DNA from: a candidate division FCPU426 bacterium
Lineage (GTDB): Bacteria; Oederibacteriota; Muellerivitia; Muellerivitales; Muellerivitaceae
Direction: 5' to 3'
Assembly: GCA_963719085.1 (NCBI GenBank)
Contig: CAVRAL010000001.1
Coordinates: 608,001-672,000 of the forward strand
DNA: 64,000 bases
The notes beneath the pieces are model-generated. The model was not told the origin of the DNA, did no database searches, and worked only from the letters and a program-made list of their open reading frames with translations. Shown in pieces: positions 32,891 to 42,195 of this stretch. Within the stretch, counting starts at the first letter, position 1, and each line of letters opens with the position of its first letter. A program made the translations under genes and the position numbers.

Positions 32891-35251
32891 TTAATTGGCC
32901 GCCGGCTGTAAATGATGATGCCGGGTGGGCGACGGGGTTGGCGCGGGTAAAGGATAGTCCGTGGGGATGTCCGCCCGGTCCGTTTGGGTAAACCCATATT
33001 TCTGGGCCAAGTCGGGTTGTACCCACATCCGCATGTTGTAACTTCCCATGTCCGACCAAACTTCCCGGTAAAGAATCCAGTTTTTCAAATCGTTCCAATC
33101 CACCATATCGGTTCGAGGCGAGTTGATCGGGATAAAGTTTCGGAACAACCAATCAAAAAAGAGGTCCGAATTCATGTCGCTGGACGGGAACCCCTTTTTA
33201 AACCACGAGGGAACCCACCAAACCCGAAGTTTGTATTTTCGGTTCACGTATCCGGCTTGGCTGAGGATGGGATAAACCTGGGCGTCGGATTCGGTCGCCG
33301 TCAAAATGATCGGATTGTCGGCCGCCGTGATCACCGGGGGATGTCCGCGCTTTTGATAATCCCTTAAAAACCAGGCGAAGGGCCAGGAGCATTTATCCTC
33401 AATGGTCAAACCAATGTCTGTTCCGCCGGTTTCTCCATAGGATATTTTATCGATCCAATCAACGACTTCCTTCGTGTCCGGGCCGGACTGAACATAGACC
33501 AGGGGTTCCACAGGATTGGATTCATGGTAAAAGCTCAAAAGAACGGCCGAATGGATCGAATAGGTTAATAAAAGCCCGAAGAGCATGAAGGCGGCGATGC
33601 GGGTCGCGCGCCAGATTTGAAGCGCCGGTTTGGAATCCCATAAGTCCCCGATGAGGTAGGCGGTCAATAGCAGGGAAGGGAGAAGCGGATGAACAATGAG
33701 CCAGGGCATTTTTTCCCCGGCCCAGGAAAAGAGTGCCAGAGATCCCACGTACCAATAGCCTAAAAATAAGGGGACGTTCTTCCGGTTAAAGAGACTGTAA
33801 TAAACGAGAGCCACGCCCGAGAAGAAGAAAGAAACCATCTCATTGGCCGGTAATTGAACGAGATAATAGTACCAAGGTTCGTCGCCGCGATGGACGTCAT
33901 GCTGTCCCCACCAATATTCCAAACCGCCGAAGGCGCCGTTGTAAATGTCATAGACCAGGGTGTGGATCCGGGAAGAGAAATCGGTTTGGTTCGCGCCGAC
34001 CGTGAAAAAAGTCGTGTAAAGCAGGGTGAAGAGACCCAGTGAAATCGTGAGGGCTCCGGTTAAGGTGGGGGAGACGTTTTTCACCCAAAGCCATCCAAAG
34101 CGGAAAAGCAGCCCGAGATAGGCGACGAATAAAAGCAGGGTGAAGGGCCAAAAGTTTGAGATGGATTGAAAAAAGGATATTTTCAATGTGAGGATGGCGA
34201 TGATCCACCAGGCGCCGAAACCCAAAAGCTCAAACTGAACGCTCTCAAATCCTAGTTCACTGATGGCGGTCCAAAGGCCGCTTCCGCCGCCCGCGGCGAA
34301 ATGATTTTTCCAACCGACGTAAAGCCGGTAAAGCGTGTAAAGGAAAGCGGAGCCCACCAAGGCCAAAAAGACAGGCAGGCGCGTGGGATCCCCTTTGGGA
34401 ATAATCAACTGGGTCAAGATTCCGATTGTGGTAAGTCCGCCCGCCACCAAAACATCAAACCAAGGCAGGAGCCTTATAAACAAGTAAGTTCCCACCACGG
34501 CCATGGTTAGAAAAATGGATTCTTTTGTGCAGAAGGCGATCGTGAAGCCGATGGACGCGATCCAGAAATCCACGGGCTGTCTCGATTTGAGGTATCGGAA
34601 AAGAAAGACGATCATGGTGAAGGTTGCCCCGGCCATATAGGCGTCTTCCCGGCAGAAACGATCGAAGTACATAAAGCTCGGAGAAGCCACGATCAAAAGG
34701 GTGGCTAGGAAAGCCCCGGTCCTTCCTATAAATGGCCCCATCAACATGGCTAAAATCACGGTGAGGACGCCAAAAGTCGCGGCCAAATACCGGGAAGTGG
34801 CGTCTGAAACCCCGAAGAAATAATACATGAGCGCGTTACCGTGAAATTGGAAAGGCCCGTGCATCATGGGGTTGTATTCGTAGTCGCCGTCCTTAAATAG
34901 TTGGAAAGAATAAAAAGCGTGCATGCTTTCGTCGTGATGATGGGGTTTGTTGCCCAAATGATCGAAACGTGTAAACAAGGTTAATAAAAGCAGGGCGATG
35001 TAACCGATTTGCAGTAAAGACAGTTTGGAGGGATTTAAGGGTGTCGCCGCGATTTCCGGGGCGGGGGACGGGACGCTCTTTTTTTCTTTTGGATCAATCA
35101 TGGCGGGTTTGGGTATTTTATTAACCGCGGTGTTTGGCTTGGGGTTCTTTTCCGCGGCCATTTCTTGGAGTTTGGCGCCGCATTGCTCGCAAAAACTATT
35201 GGAGGCCGGATTTTTAGCGTTGCACTTTTGGCATATTTTAATCTCGGACAT
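32891..35251 (-). CDS. TIGR03663-family (Agl23-like, PMT-related) membrane protein with N-terminal zinc ribbon
   Basis: LFTRFDHLG.KPHHHDESMHA (DE), YNPMMHGPFQF (HGP), YFDRFCREDAY, TKES, GLEYWWGQHDVHRGDEPWYYY, AGEKMPWL, LVYVQ and WPFAWFLRDY. ATG at 35251 follows AGGAG; CQKC..FCEQCG ribbon. Confidence 0.9.
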   Translation of the reverse strand: MSEIKICQKCNAKNPASNSFCEQCGAKLQEMAAEKNPKPNTAVNKIPKPAMIDPKEKKSVPSPAPEIAATPLNPSKLSLLQIGYIALLLLTLFTRFDHLGNKPHHHDESMHAFYSFQLFKDGDYEYNPMMHGPFQFHGNALMYYFFGVSDATSRYLAATFGVLTVILAMLMGPFIGRTGAFLATLLIVASPSFMYFDRFCREDAYMAGATFTMIVFLFRYLKSRQPVDFWIASIGFTIAFCTKESIFLTMAVVGTYLFIRLLPWFDVLVAGGLTTIGILTQLIIPKGDPTRLPVFLALVGSAFLYTLYRLYVGWKNHFAAGGGSGLWTAISELGFESVQFELLGFGAWWIIAILTLKISFFQSISNFWPFTLLLFVAYLGLLFRFGWLWVKNVSPTLTGALTISLGLFTLLYTTFFTVGANQTDFSSRIHTLVYDIYNGAFGGLEYWWGQHDVHRGDEPWYYYLVQLPANEMVSFFFSGVALVYYSLFNRKNVPLFLGYWYVGSLALFSWAGEKMPWLIVHPLLPSLLLTAYLIGDLWDSKPALQIWRATRIAAFMLFGLLLTYSIHSAVLLSFYHESNPVEPLVYVQSGPDTKEVVDWIDKISYGETGGTDIGLTIEDKCSWPFAWFLRDYQKRGHPPVITAADNPIILTATESDAQVYPILSQAGYVNRKYKLRVWWVPSWFKKGFPSSDMNSDLFFDWLFRNFIPINSPRTDMVDWNDLKNWILYREVWSDMGSYNMRMWVQPDLAQKYGFTQTDRADIPTDYPLPAPTPSPTRHHHLQPAAN

Positions 35252-35309
35252 AAATCTCCTTGAAAAAACGATTTCGGATGGGAACAAATGACTGGAAAAT
35301 GAAGGGCTA

Positions 35310-35339
35310 AATATACTAGGCATTTCCAGTTCTTGTCAA
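35310..35339 (-). promoter_or_regulatory. Sigma70-type promoter for the TIGR03663 gene
   Basis: The minus strand reads TTGACA, 18 bp spacer, TATATT, ~60 bp upstream of the ATG. Confidence 0.55.
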
Positions 35340-35625
35340 TCAAGCCACTTTCGCGGTTGGGTTTAGTCTTTCACCTTTTTTTCCGTCTTTTAGATTACGG
35401 AGAAGGGTTTGCTTTGAGTTACCGGACGGGGAAAATAAAGCGTTTCAAACGGTGACAGGTTTATCGTAAAAAGCGTAAAAAAGATCGTTGTTGAACCCGG
35501 GGCGGACACTTCGGTTTTAAATCAAATTGCAATTTCAGCTAAGTTTGATAGACTCAAAATGTCCGTCATTCTTCGATACTTATTCCGACATCAAGACTTA
35601 AAATTCTTTTTTGAGGTGGCCAGTT

Positions 35626-36603
35626 TTGCATTCAAAACGATTTCATGTTTTGCTTTTCGCGGCTGTTTTTGGTTTTTTATGCGTGCCGGCTCTTTCTCGT
35701 GCCGATCAACCAGATTATTCCTCGGAATTATTATCCATTGGGGTTGGGGCCAGACCTTTGGCCATGGGCGGGGCCTTTGTGGCGGCGGCGTCGGACGCGA
35801 CCGCGGCTTATTGGAATCCGGCCGGACTGGCTTTGATTGATGATACTGAAATCACCACAATCCACGCGACCCAATCGTCTATTCAAGATTATGACTTTTT
35901 AAATATCGCTTTCCCCACCCAAGGGGCAGGCACTTACGCTTTGAGTTATATCCGCTTAAATGTCGGCGGGATTGATATTACGGGGAGCAATCCGACGGTT
36001 TTGGGGACGACCCAAGCCACCGAGCAAGCGGCCCTCATTTCAGGCGGCTGGATGCTGGGACGTGATCTGGCAGTCGGCGGAACGATTAAGTTATTAAAAG
36101 ATGATGAATACACGGCGTCGGCTTTTGGCTTTGGCTCCGACCTGGGCTTGCTTTATAAGCCCTTTAAAGAATTGGCTTTTGGAATCACGGCGAGGGATTA
36201 CACGGGCGGCTCAAGAATTTATTGGCAAAATACTCCGACGAATCCGGAGCAAGTCTTATCCCCCAGCTTGAAAATCGGGGTTTCCTTCACCAAAGAATTA
36301 GGGAAGCGCGTGAATGAAAACGGAGTCATGATTCCCGATAGCACCATTATGGCGAACTTTGACATGGACACGCTTTATATCGACAAGGGATTAAACACTT
36401 ATCATTTCGGATTGGAGTATTGGTACCGTCAATTCGTGGCGATCCGGGCTGGGTTTCAATCCAACGGATTCCAGTTTGACAGCGATAACTTGACCTTGTC
36501 GGCGGGCGTGGGCGTCTGGGTCTATTTGTTCGAGTTCGATTACGCCTTCGTCAATTATCAAATTTCACCTACCCAATACCTGTCCTTGATCACCCGCCTC
36601 TAA
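35626..36603 (+). CDS. PorV/PorQ-family (FadL-like) outer-membrane beta-barrel
   Basis: Signal peptide ending ALSRA, then the family signature IGVGARPLAMGGAFVAAASDATAAYWNPAGL, FGSDLGLLY, FGLEYWY..AIRAG and FEFDYAF. TTG 35626 follows GAGGTG (ORF track start 35611). Confidence 0.82.
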   Translation: MHSKRFHVLLFAAVFGFLCVPALSRADQPDYSSELLSIGVGARPLAMGGAFVAAASDATAAYWNPAGLALIDDTEITTIHATQSSIQDYDFLNIAFPTQGAGTYALSYIRLNVGGIDITGSNPTVLGTTQATEQAALISGGWMLGRDLAVGGTIKLLKDDEYTASAFGFGSDLGLLYKPFKELAFGITARDYTGGSRIYWQNTPTNPEQVLSPSLKIGVSFTKELGKRVNENGVMIPDSTIMANFDMDTLYIDKGLNTYHFGLEYWYRQFVAIRAGFQSNGFQFDSDNLTLSAGVGVWVYLFEFDYAFVNYQISPTQYLSLITRL

Positions 36604-36720
36604 ATTTGGCGGGTGAGGCTTGTTTTTTACCCCGGTGGTTTTAAAAAAGCTCCACATTCCGTTTGTTTTGTTTTATGATGCGGTTGACTTAAGCTATTAA
36701 TCATCCCCACCGAGGCATTC

Positions 36721-38769
36721 ATGCGATTTTTACCTTTGGCGGCCGTTTTTATATTCCTTCTCAACGCTTCCGTTTCTTTCGCTTTTTATGACGAATCTCC
36801 CGCTGTTCCGTCTTCCTTGCCCTTCTCGGTCCAAACTAAAAATGTCTTAAAACCGCTTTTCAACAATCGAACCATCGTGGGCGGTCAAATTATCGCGCTT
36901 AAAAATGATCCGCATAAAAAATTCGCCGGGAATTATTTGGATATCGGGGCCGATGGGGGAATCCATAAAGCGGATGTTTTCGCCGTTTTTACCCCGGATG
37001 GAGTGCCGGTAGGATTTTTGAGGATCACGGAAGTTCAAAACTATACCTCCGCGTTTGATTTTGTTGAGTTGACCGTGGACCCTTCGGAAAATTTGGTGGT
37101 CAAAAAAGTTCCGGATGAAGTTCGCCGCCGGTTGCCGGAAAATCAATGGATATTCCCGGCCGGATATCATTCGATTCGCGTGGCGGGTAAGAAAAAACTG
37201 CCGATGACGCCCCTGTTGCCGACTCAAACTTCATCCACTGTCGCGCCTCCTCCTTTGACGGTCGCGAATGGAAACGCAACGGCTCTGCCTCCTTTGCCGG
37301 GTCAAGGACCTTCGGCTTCCACGCTGCCGCCCTTGCCGTCTTCGACGACTATGCCGTCTTCGACGACACCGGGTGTTTCCGGCGATAACAGCGGTTTACC
37401 CCCGTTACCCAATCAAGGGACTGGAGCGATGACGGACAATTCGGGATTACCCCCTTTGCCCTCGGACGCGGCCATGTCTCCCGCCAGTCCTGACATGAGT
37501 GGATCGGGCGGTCTTCCGCCTTTGCCGGCGGATAACACCAGCCCGAACGCGGGTTTGCCGCCGGTGGGCAATGGCAGTGATGGTCTGCCGCCTTTGCCGG
37601 GAGATAATGGTGCGTCAGCGCCCGCGCTTCCACCCACTACGTCATCGGACGCGGGTGGTTTGCCGCCTCTGCCGGGTGATTCTTCGTCTCCGACCGGTGG
37701 ATCGACGTCACTCCCGCCTTCTTTGCCGGCGGCTGGGGATTCTTCGATGCCGGCCTTACCGACGGATAATTCCAGTTTGCCCGCGCTGCCCCCCTCGGCC
37801 AATCCGAATGATTCTTCTTTACCTCCGTTGCCCAGCTCAGAGCTTCCGGGCGTCAATCCATCCGCCGATATGGCGGCTCTTCCGCCGGATGTCTCGAATA
37901 ACTCATCCACACTTCCCGGAATGGATAACAGCCTTCCGGCCTTGCCGTCTTCGGGCGCTGACGCGATGACGCCGCCGGGACAAATGGCGGCCTTGCCGCC
38001 TTCGACGACGATGCCTCCGGATATTTCGAACGACTCGTCGACGCTCCCGGGAATGGATAATAGCCTTCCAGCCTTGCCGTCTTCGGGCGCTGACGCGACG
38101 ATGCCGCCGGGACAAATGGCGGCCCTGCCGCCTTCGACGACGATGCCTCCGGATATTTCGAACGACTCGTCGACGCTCCCGGGAATGGATAATAGCCTTC
38201 CGGCCCTGCCTTCCTCGGGCACCGACGCGACGATACCGCCGGGACAAGTAGCGGCCCTGCCGTCTTCGACGACAATGCCGCCCGATATTTCAAATGACGC
38301 GTCTCTGCCCGGGATGAATTCGAGCGATTCCTCGGTCGCCTTGCCGTCTTCGACGACCTTGCCCCCAAATCCTGACGTGGCCTCCTTGCCGGCTGTTCCT
38401 TCGACTGATAATTCGCTTCCGGCGGTTTTGCCCTCGACTTCGGTCGCCGAGCTTCCGCCCCCCGCGGCGGATAGCGTTTTGCCCCCGGGCATGGATAATT
38501 CCAATGCGCCGCCCGTCTTGTCGACGGATGTCGCCCAACTGCCGGCGGTTCCAGCAACTGGCGCCGTGGATCAAACCACCGCTTCCTTGCCGGGAAGCCC
38601 CGATTTAAACGGCGTGGGCGCGTTGCCGGTGGTCGCCAATTCAACGCCCGCTGGGAAACCAGTGGATCAGCTTCAATTAAACATCCCGTCGGTTCCTTCC
38701 AGTTCCTCAACCGGTTTTGTGCAGGATATCCCCACTTTTTCGTCGGATGAAAAAAAGCCGGCGGCTTAG
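36721..38769 (+). CDS. Secreted protein with small N-terminal beta domain (FlgT C-terminal-like) and ~500-aa Pro/Ser/Thr/Asp-rich repeat tail
   Basis: Signal peptide MRFLPLAAVFIFLLNASVSFA; YLDIGADGGIHKADVFAVF..VGFLRITEV resembles the FlgT_C pattern; many LPPLP/LPALP units. Confidence 0.7.
   Translation: MRFLPLAAVFIFLLNASVSFAFYDESPAVPSSLPFSVQTKNVLKPLFNNRTIVGGQIIALKNDPHKKFAGNYLDIGADGGIHKADVFAVFTPDGVPVGFLRITEVQNYTSAFDFVELTVDPSENLVVKKVPDEVRRRLPENQWIFPAGYHSIRVAGKKKLPMTPLLPTQTSSTVAPPPLTVANGNATALPPLPGQGPSASTLPPLPSSTTMPSSTTPGVSGDNSGLPPLPNQGTGAMTDNSGLPPLPSDAAMSPASPDMSGSGGLPPLPADNTSPNAGLPPVGNGSDGLPPLPGDNGASAPALPPTTSSDAGGLPPLPGDSSSPTGGSTSLPPSLPAAGDSSMPALPTDNSSLPALPPSANPNDSSLPPLPSSELPGVNPSADMAALPPDVSNNSSTLPGMDNSLPALPSSGADAMTPPGQMAALPPSTTMPPDISNDSSTLPGMDNSLPALPSSGADATMPPGQMAALPPSTTMPPDISNDSSTLPGMDNSLPALPSSGTDATIPPGQVAALPSSTTMPPDISNDASLPGMNSSDSSVALPSSTTLPPNPDVASLPAVPSTDNSLPAVLPSTSVAELPPPAADSVLPPGMDNSNAPPVLSTDVAQLPAVPATGAVDQTTASLPGSPDLNGVGALPVVANSTPAGKPVDQLQLNIPSVPSSSSTGFVQDIPTFSSDEKKPAA
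37882..38318 (+). repeat. Coding tandem repeat, 132-bp unit, ~3.3 copies
   Basis: CAAATGGCGGCC recurs at 37981 and 38113 and (as CAAGTAGCGGCC) at 38245, a period of 132. The unit encodes MAALPPSTTMPPDISNDSSTLPGMDNSLPALPSSGADATMPPGQ (44 aa). Confidence 0.92.
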
Positions 38770-38823
38770 TCCGGGCCTTTTCCCATAAAATTTCAGCAGA
38801 ACCCGGCCTATAATGTTTCCCCT

Positions 38824-40023
38824 ATGGAGTTCCCGGAAAAAGTCGAGAAACGGTTCATGCCTGTTTTAATCCGCTATTGTCTTTTATCCCTCGGACCCCC
38901 TTTTATTGTCGCCACCGTGATTACGCTGGGCGTTTTGGACCTGCTTTTTTATACCCGGGATTTCATCGATTATTTATTCGTGAAGCACGCGGGTGTCCTA
39001 AATTCTTTTCGGCTGCTTCTTTATATCCAGCCCAGCTTTTTGGTCCTCGCGCTCCCGATCGGCTTTTTGGCCTCGATTTTGGTTGTCTACGGGCGGTTGA
39101 GCGCGGATCGGGAATTGATCGCCGTGGAATCCTGCGGAATATCCCCTTATTTTCTTTTTTGGCCCGTGATTGGGTTTTCCCTATTGGTGAGCGTTTTTTT
39201 AGTCTTTTTTATGGATACCACCTTGCCCTGGGGAAATATCTCGTTCCTGAAATTGCAATATAAGATTCTTTCCGAAAGAACCTCGGTCGCGATCCATGGC
39301 GGGACTTTTATCAACGATTTTAACGGCTATGTCCTGTATGTGGGCGAGAAGGATGACAAGACCGACGTTTTAAAACGAGTGGTGGTACAGCTGGTGAACG
39401 AAGTGGGTTATCCTTACCGGGTGATTATTTCGCAGCGGGGAACGCTGGCCCAGGATCCGTCCACGGCGCATTTTTTGCTTCGGCTGGAAGACGGGACGCT
39501 TCAACAATTGGGGGAACACGCGAATCCCGATCCCCGGTCTCTGGTTCAAATCAAGTTCAAGGATTGCGTCCTGGATTTGGACACCAAGCAAATTCAAAAC
39601 GCTTCCGGGAATTTTGATGATCCGCGGAGCATGCACATTCAAGCCTTGGCGGCGCGGATTCGGGATGAGAAAGCGAAAAAGATGGACGCCCGTTTTGACG
39701 AGGTGGAATTCCACAAAAAATTCTCGATTCCTTTTTCCGCGCTGGCCTTCGCTTTTATTGGGATTCCCTTGGGGATGCGGACCCGATCGGGATCTTTTTT
39801 AAGCCCCGTCTTAGTGGTGATTTTGGTGGTGATTTATGAGCTTTTTATCATGTATGGCCAGGTGGGCGGACCCATGGGCACGATTTCGCCCTTTTGGGCC
39901 ATGTGGCTGCCCAACTTGTTTTTGGCGATCGTCGGAATAATGCTTTTGCCTTACTTTTTATCTTGGTTTCGTTTCCGCGGACGGGGCGGTGCTCCATTTA
40001 AAGATCGGTTCATTTCGAAATGA
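38824..40023 (+). CDS. LptF/LptG family LPS export permease
   Basis: LIRY.L, LALPIGFLASILVVYGRLSADRELIAVESCGIS, periplasmic jellyroll region, EFHKKFSIPFSALAFAFIGIPLG and WAMWLPN. Start may be ATG 38857. Confidence 0.88.
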   Translation: MEFPEKVEKRFMPVLIRYCLLSLGPPFIVATVITLGVLDLLFYTRDFIDYLFVKHAGVLNSFRLLLYIQPSFLVLALPIGFLASILVVYGRLSADRELIAVESCGISPYFLFWPVIGFSLLVSVFLVFFMDTTLPWGNISFLKLQYKILSERTSVAIHGGTFINDFNGYVLYVGEKDDKTDVLKRVVVQLVNEVGYPYRVIISQRGTLAQDPSTAHFLLRLEDGTLQQLGEHANPDPRSLVQIKFKDCVLDLDTKQIQNASGNFDDPRSMHIQALAARIRDEKAKKMDARFDEVEFHKKFSIPFSALAFAFIGIPLGMRTRSGSFLSPVLVVILVVIYELFIMYGQVGGPMGTISPFWAMWLPNLFLAIVGIMLLPYFLSWFRFRGRGGAPFKDRFISK

Positions 40024-42113
40024 AATTTCGCAAAGAAAACATACTTTTTGTTTTTTTCCTCATGGCGGGGTTGACCCCCGGCGCGCGGGCGGCAACTTCT
40101 TCGGTGGGTTCGGTTCATTTGCAGGCGGATCGGATCGAGTATCTGAGGGATCAGGGATTGGTGGTGGCCAAGGGCCGCGTTCATATCACGCAGGACCAAA
40201 CCACGCTCTTCGCGGACAGTATCCGCTATGACATTACGGCGCAGGAAATTGAGGCGACCGGCAACGTCATTTTTCAACAAGGCCCCCAAGAGATCGACGC
40301 CCAGGAAATGACCTTTAATACCGGGACCCAAGAGGGGCGCGCGACCAACGCGAAGACATTGGTGCCGCCTTGGATTTGCACGGGGGCCGTCATCGAAATC
40401 AAGGATAAGAAAATCGTCGTCAAGGACGCCCGGGCCACGACTTGCGATTACGCGCTCGACTACACGCATTATCACCTTCAGGCGGGAACCCTGACCTTTT
40501 ATCAAGATAACTATATGACGGCGGAAAACCTGGTTTTGTATATCGGCAAAGTTCCCGTCTTTTATTTTCCGTTTTTCGCCATCAGCACCAAACAAACCCA
40601 ATTGCCTTTTTCCATTTCGGTGGGGAGCACGGACTATTTGGGGAATTACGCATTAGTGTCGACCAGTTATCTTTTCAGCCCGGTGAATTACGGCGCGCTT
40701 TACGCCGATTATTTTTCGAACCGGGGAGTCGGATTGGGCGTTCGGCACGAAATCGCCTTGAATGATTTTTCGACCCTGTCCCTTTATGGATACCGGATTC
40801 AGGAAAAGGACACGGGGAATGTCCGGTGGGAATCCCGGATCCGGGGACTGTGGGCTTTTTCCTCTTCTTTTCAGGGACGGATCGAGGCGGACCTGCCGGG
40901 CGATGGTCTTTTCAGCCAGGATTACGCTGCGGCCCGCCGGGATCCTTCCCTTGTCTCCACCCAAAGGGAATATGATATTTCAGGGACCTACACCCAAGAC
41001 CCCTTCACCTTGGGGCTGTTGATCCGGCACCAGGAATTGGCGGTCCCCGTCACGGTGGGTTTGGAGGATCATTTCGTTGAAAGTCTGGACACCCTTCCCC
41101 AATTGAACTTCAGCGTGTTTCCGCAGCCCTTGATCGGAAGAAATTGGCTTAAATATGACCTGACTTTAAACGCGGACCGGACCTGGACCCAGGCGAACAA
41201 TTATTACGTGACGCACGCCAGCGGTGAATTGGGAATCAGCCAAACCATTCCCTTTTTTCAAACCCAAAGCCTTTATTCCCGGATCGCTTTCGATGACGCG
41301 TATCAAAACCTCTCGGATGTGGGGACGTTGGACGCGGGGGAAACCCGGTCTTACAGCGTGAACAATATTTATACTTCCCGCTGGTCCGATTTTTTCGACA
41401 CGTCTTTTAACCACACCTTCTCGCAAAAATTGACGAACCTTCAACCGACGGATCCGCCAGCCGGGGTGACCTCCAATTTATTGACCGGAATGGCGGAATT
41501 TACCGGAGGATCTTTTTTTAGGGCCGATACCACGACTTCATTGGATTTCGCGGCTGAGGTTCCGGACTTGGCCTCGCGTTTCAGCTATTGGCGCCAGGAA
41601 ATTTACCTCACGCCGTCCAATACGCTGGATTTTTACACGATCGCGGACTATTCCATTAAGGCGGACGCCTTGAAAGACTTAAGCACGCATCTTAGTGTGA
41701 CCAGTCCCCGGAATTTTTGGGAGTTCGTCATCGGCGCCAGCGTGGTGGATCCAAACGTGAGCAACGCCGGGTACACCATCACGGGAGAGCCCAAAAGCTT
41801 CAGCATGAGCGGGGAAGTGGACATCGCCCTTTTTACTAACTACCGGATGTCCATATTAGAGACCTACGATATGACGAATGCCCGGATGCAAACGCGCAAT
41901 ATCAGTATTTACCGGGATTTGCATGACTGGGAAGCGCAATTGAGTTATTCCCAAAATGAGGGCCAACCTGATACGGTGTTTTTCACCCTGAATTTGAAGG
42001 CCTTCCCGGGACGGCCATTGACCGTTTCGCAGTCAGAGCTGCAACAACTCAACAGCTTGCAAAGCCAGACGGCCGTTCAATTGTTGGAGACGACCAGCGG
42101 CCAATTGCAATAA
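40020..42113 (+). CDS. lptD: LptD/OstA-like LPS assembly outer-membrane protein
   Basis: Signal peptide; LQADRIEY..AKGRV..LFADSIRYD jellyroll; ATTCD..HY, LYIGKVPVFYFPF, ADYFSNRGVGLG and RDLHDW; alternating beta-strand C-terminal half. Confidence 0.75.
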   Translation: MKFRKENILFVFFLMAGLTPGARAATSSVGSVHLQADRIEYLRDQGLVVAKGRVHITQDQTTLFADSIRYDITAQEIEATGNVIFQQGPQEIDAQEMTFNTGTQEGRATNAKTLVPPWICTGAVIEIKDKKIVVKDARATTCDYALDYTHYHLQAGTLTFYQDNYMTAENLVLYIGKVPVFYFPFFAISTKQTQLPFSISVGSTDYLGNYALVSTSYLFSPVNYGALYADYFSNRGVGLGVRHEIALNDFSTLSLYGYRIQEKDTGNVRWESRIRGLWAFSSSFQGRIEADLPGDGLFSQDYAAARRDPSLVSTQREYDISGTYTQDPFTLGLLIRHQELAVPVTVGLEDHFVESLDTLPQLNFSVFPQPLIGRNWLKYDLTLNADRTWTQANNYYVTHASGELGISQTIPFFQTQSLYSRIAFDDAYQNLSDVGTLDAGETRSYSVNNIYTSRWSDFFDTSFNHTFSQKLTNLQPTDPPAGVTSNLLTGMAEFTGGSFFRADTTTSLDFAAEVPDLASRFSYWRQEIYLTPSNTLDFYTIADYSIKADALKDLSTHLSVTSPRNFWEFVIGASVVDPNVSNAGYTITGEPKSFSMSGEVDIALFTNYRMSILETYDMTNARMQTRNISIYRDLHDWEAQLSYSQNEGQPDTVFFTLNLKAFPGRPLTVSQSELQQLNSLQSQTAVQLLETTSGQLQ

Positions 42114-42195
42114 ACCGGGCCTAGGGTAGAAAAAAACGCGCCAGTTGGGATATAACGGGCCTCTTGCGGTTCGAACCGACGTCTGAAGGAAACCT

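Noticed and set aside
11064..35251. Standard O-antigen/capsule cluster or integrated mobile island
   Set aside because: No Wzx/Wzy/Wzz, ABC exporter or nucleotide-sugar synthesis genes, and no integrase, transposase or flanking direct repeats seen.
35559..35840. 93-aa ORF starting just after a promoter-like TTGCAA..TAGACT
   Set aside because: It overlaps the PorV-like gene in another frame and has no recognisable features.
37882..38318. Repeat array considered as CRISPR
   Set aside because: Contiguous 132-bp in-frame units with no unique spacers and no cas genes.
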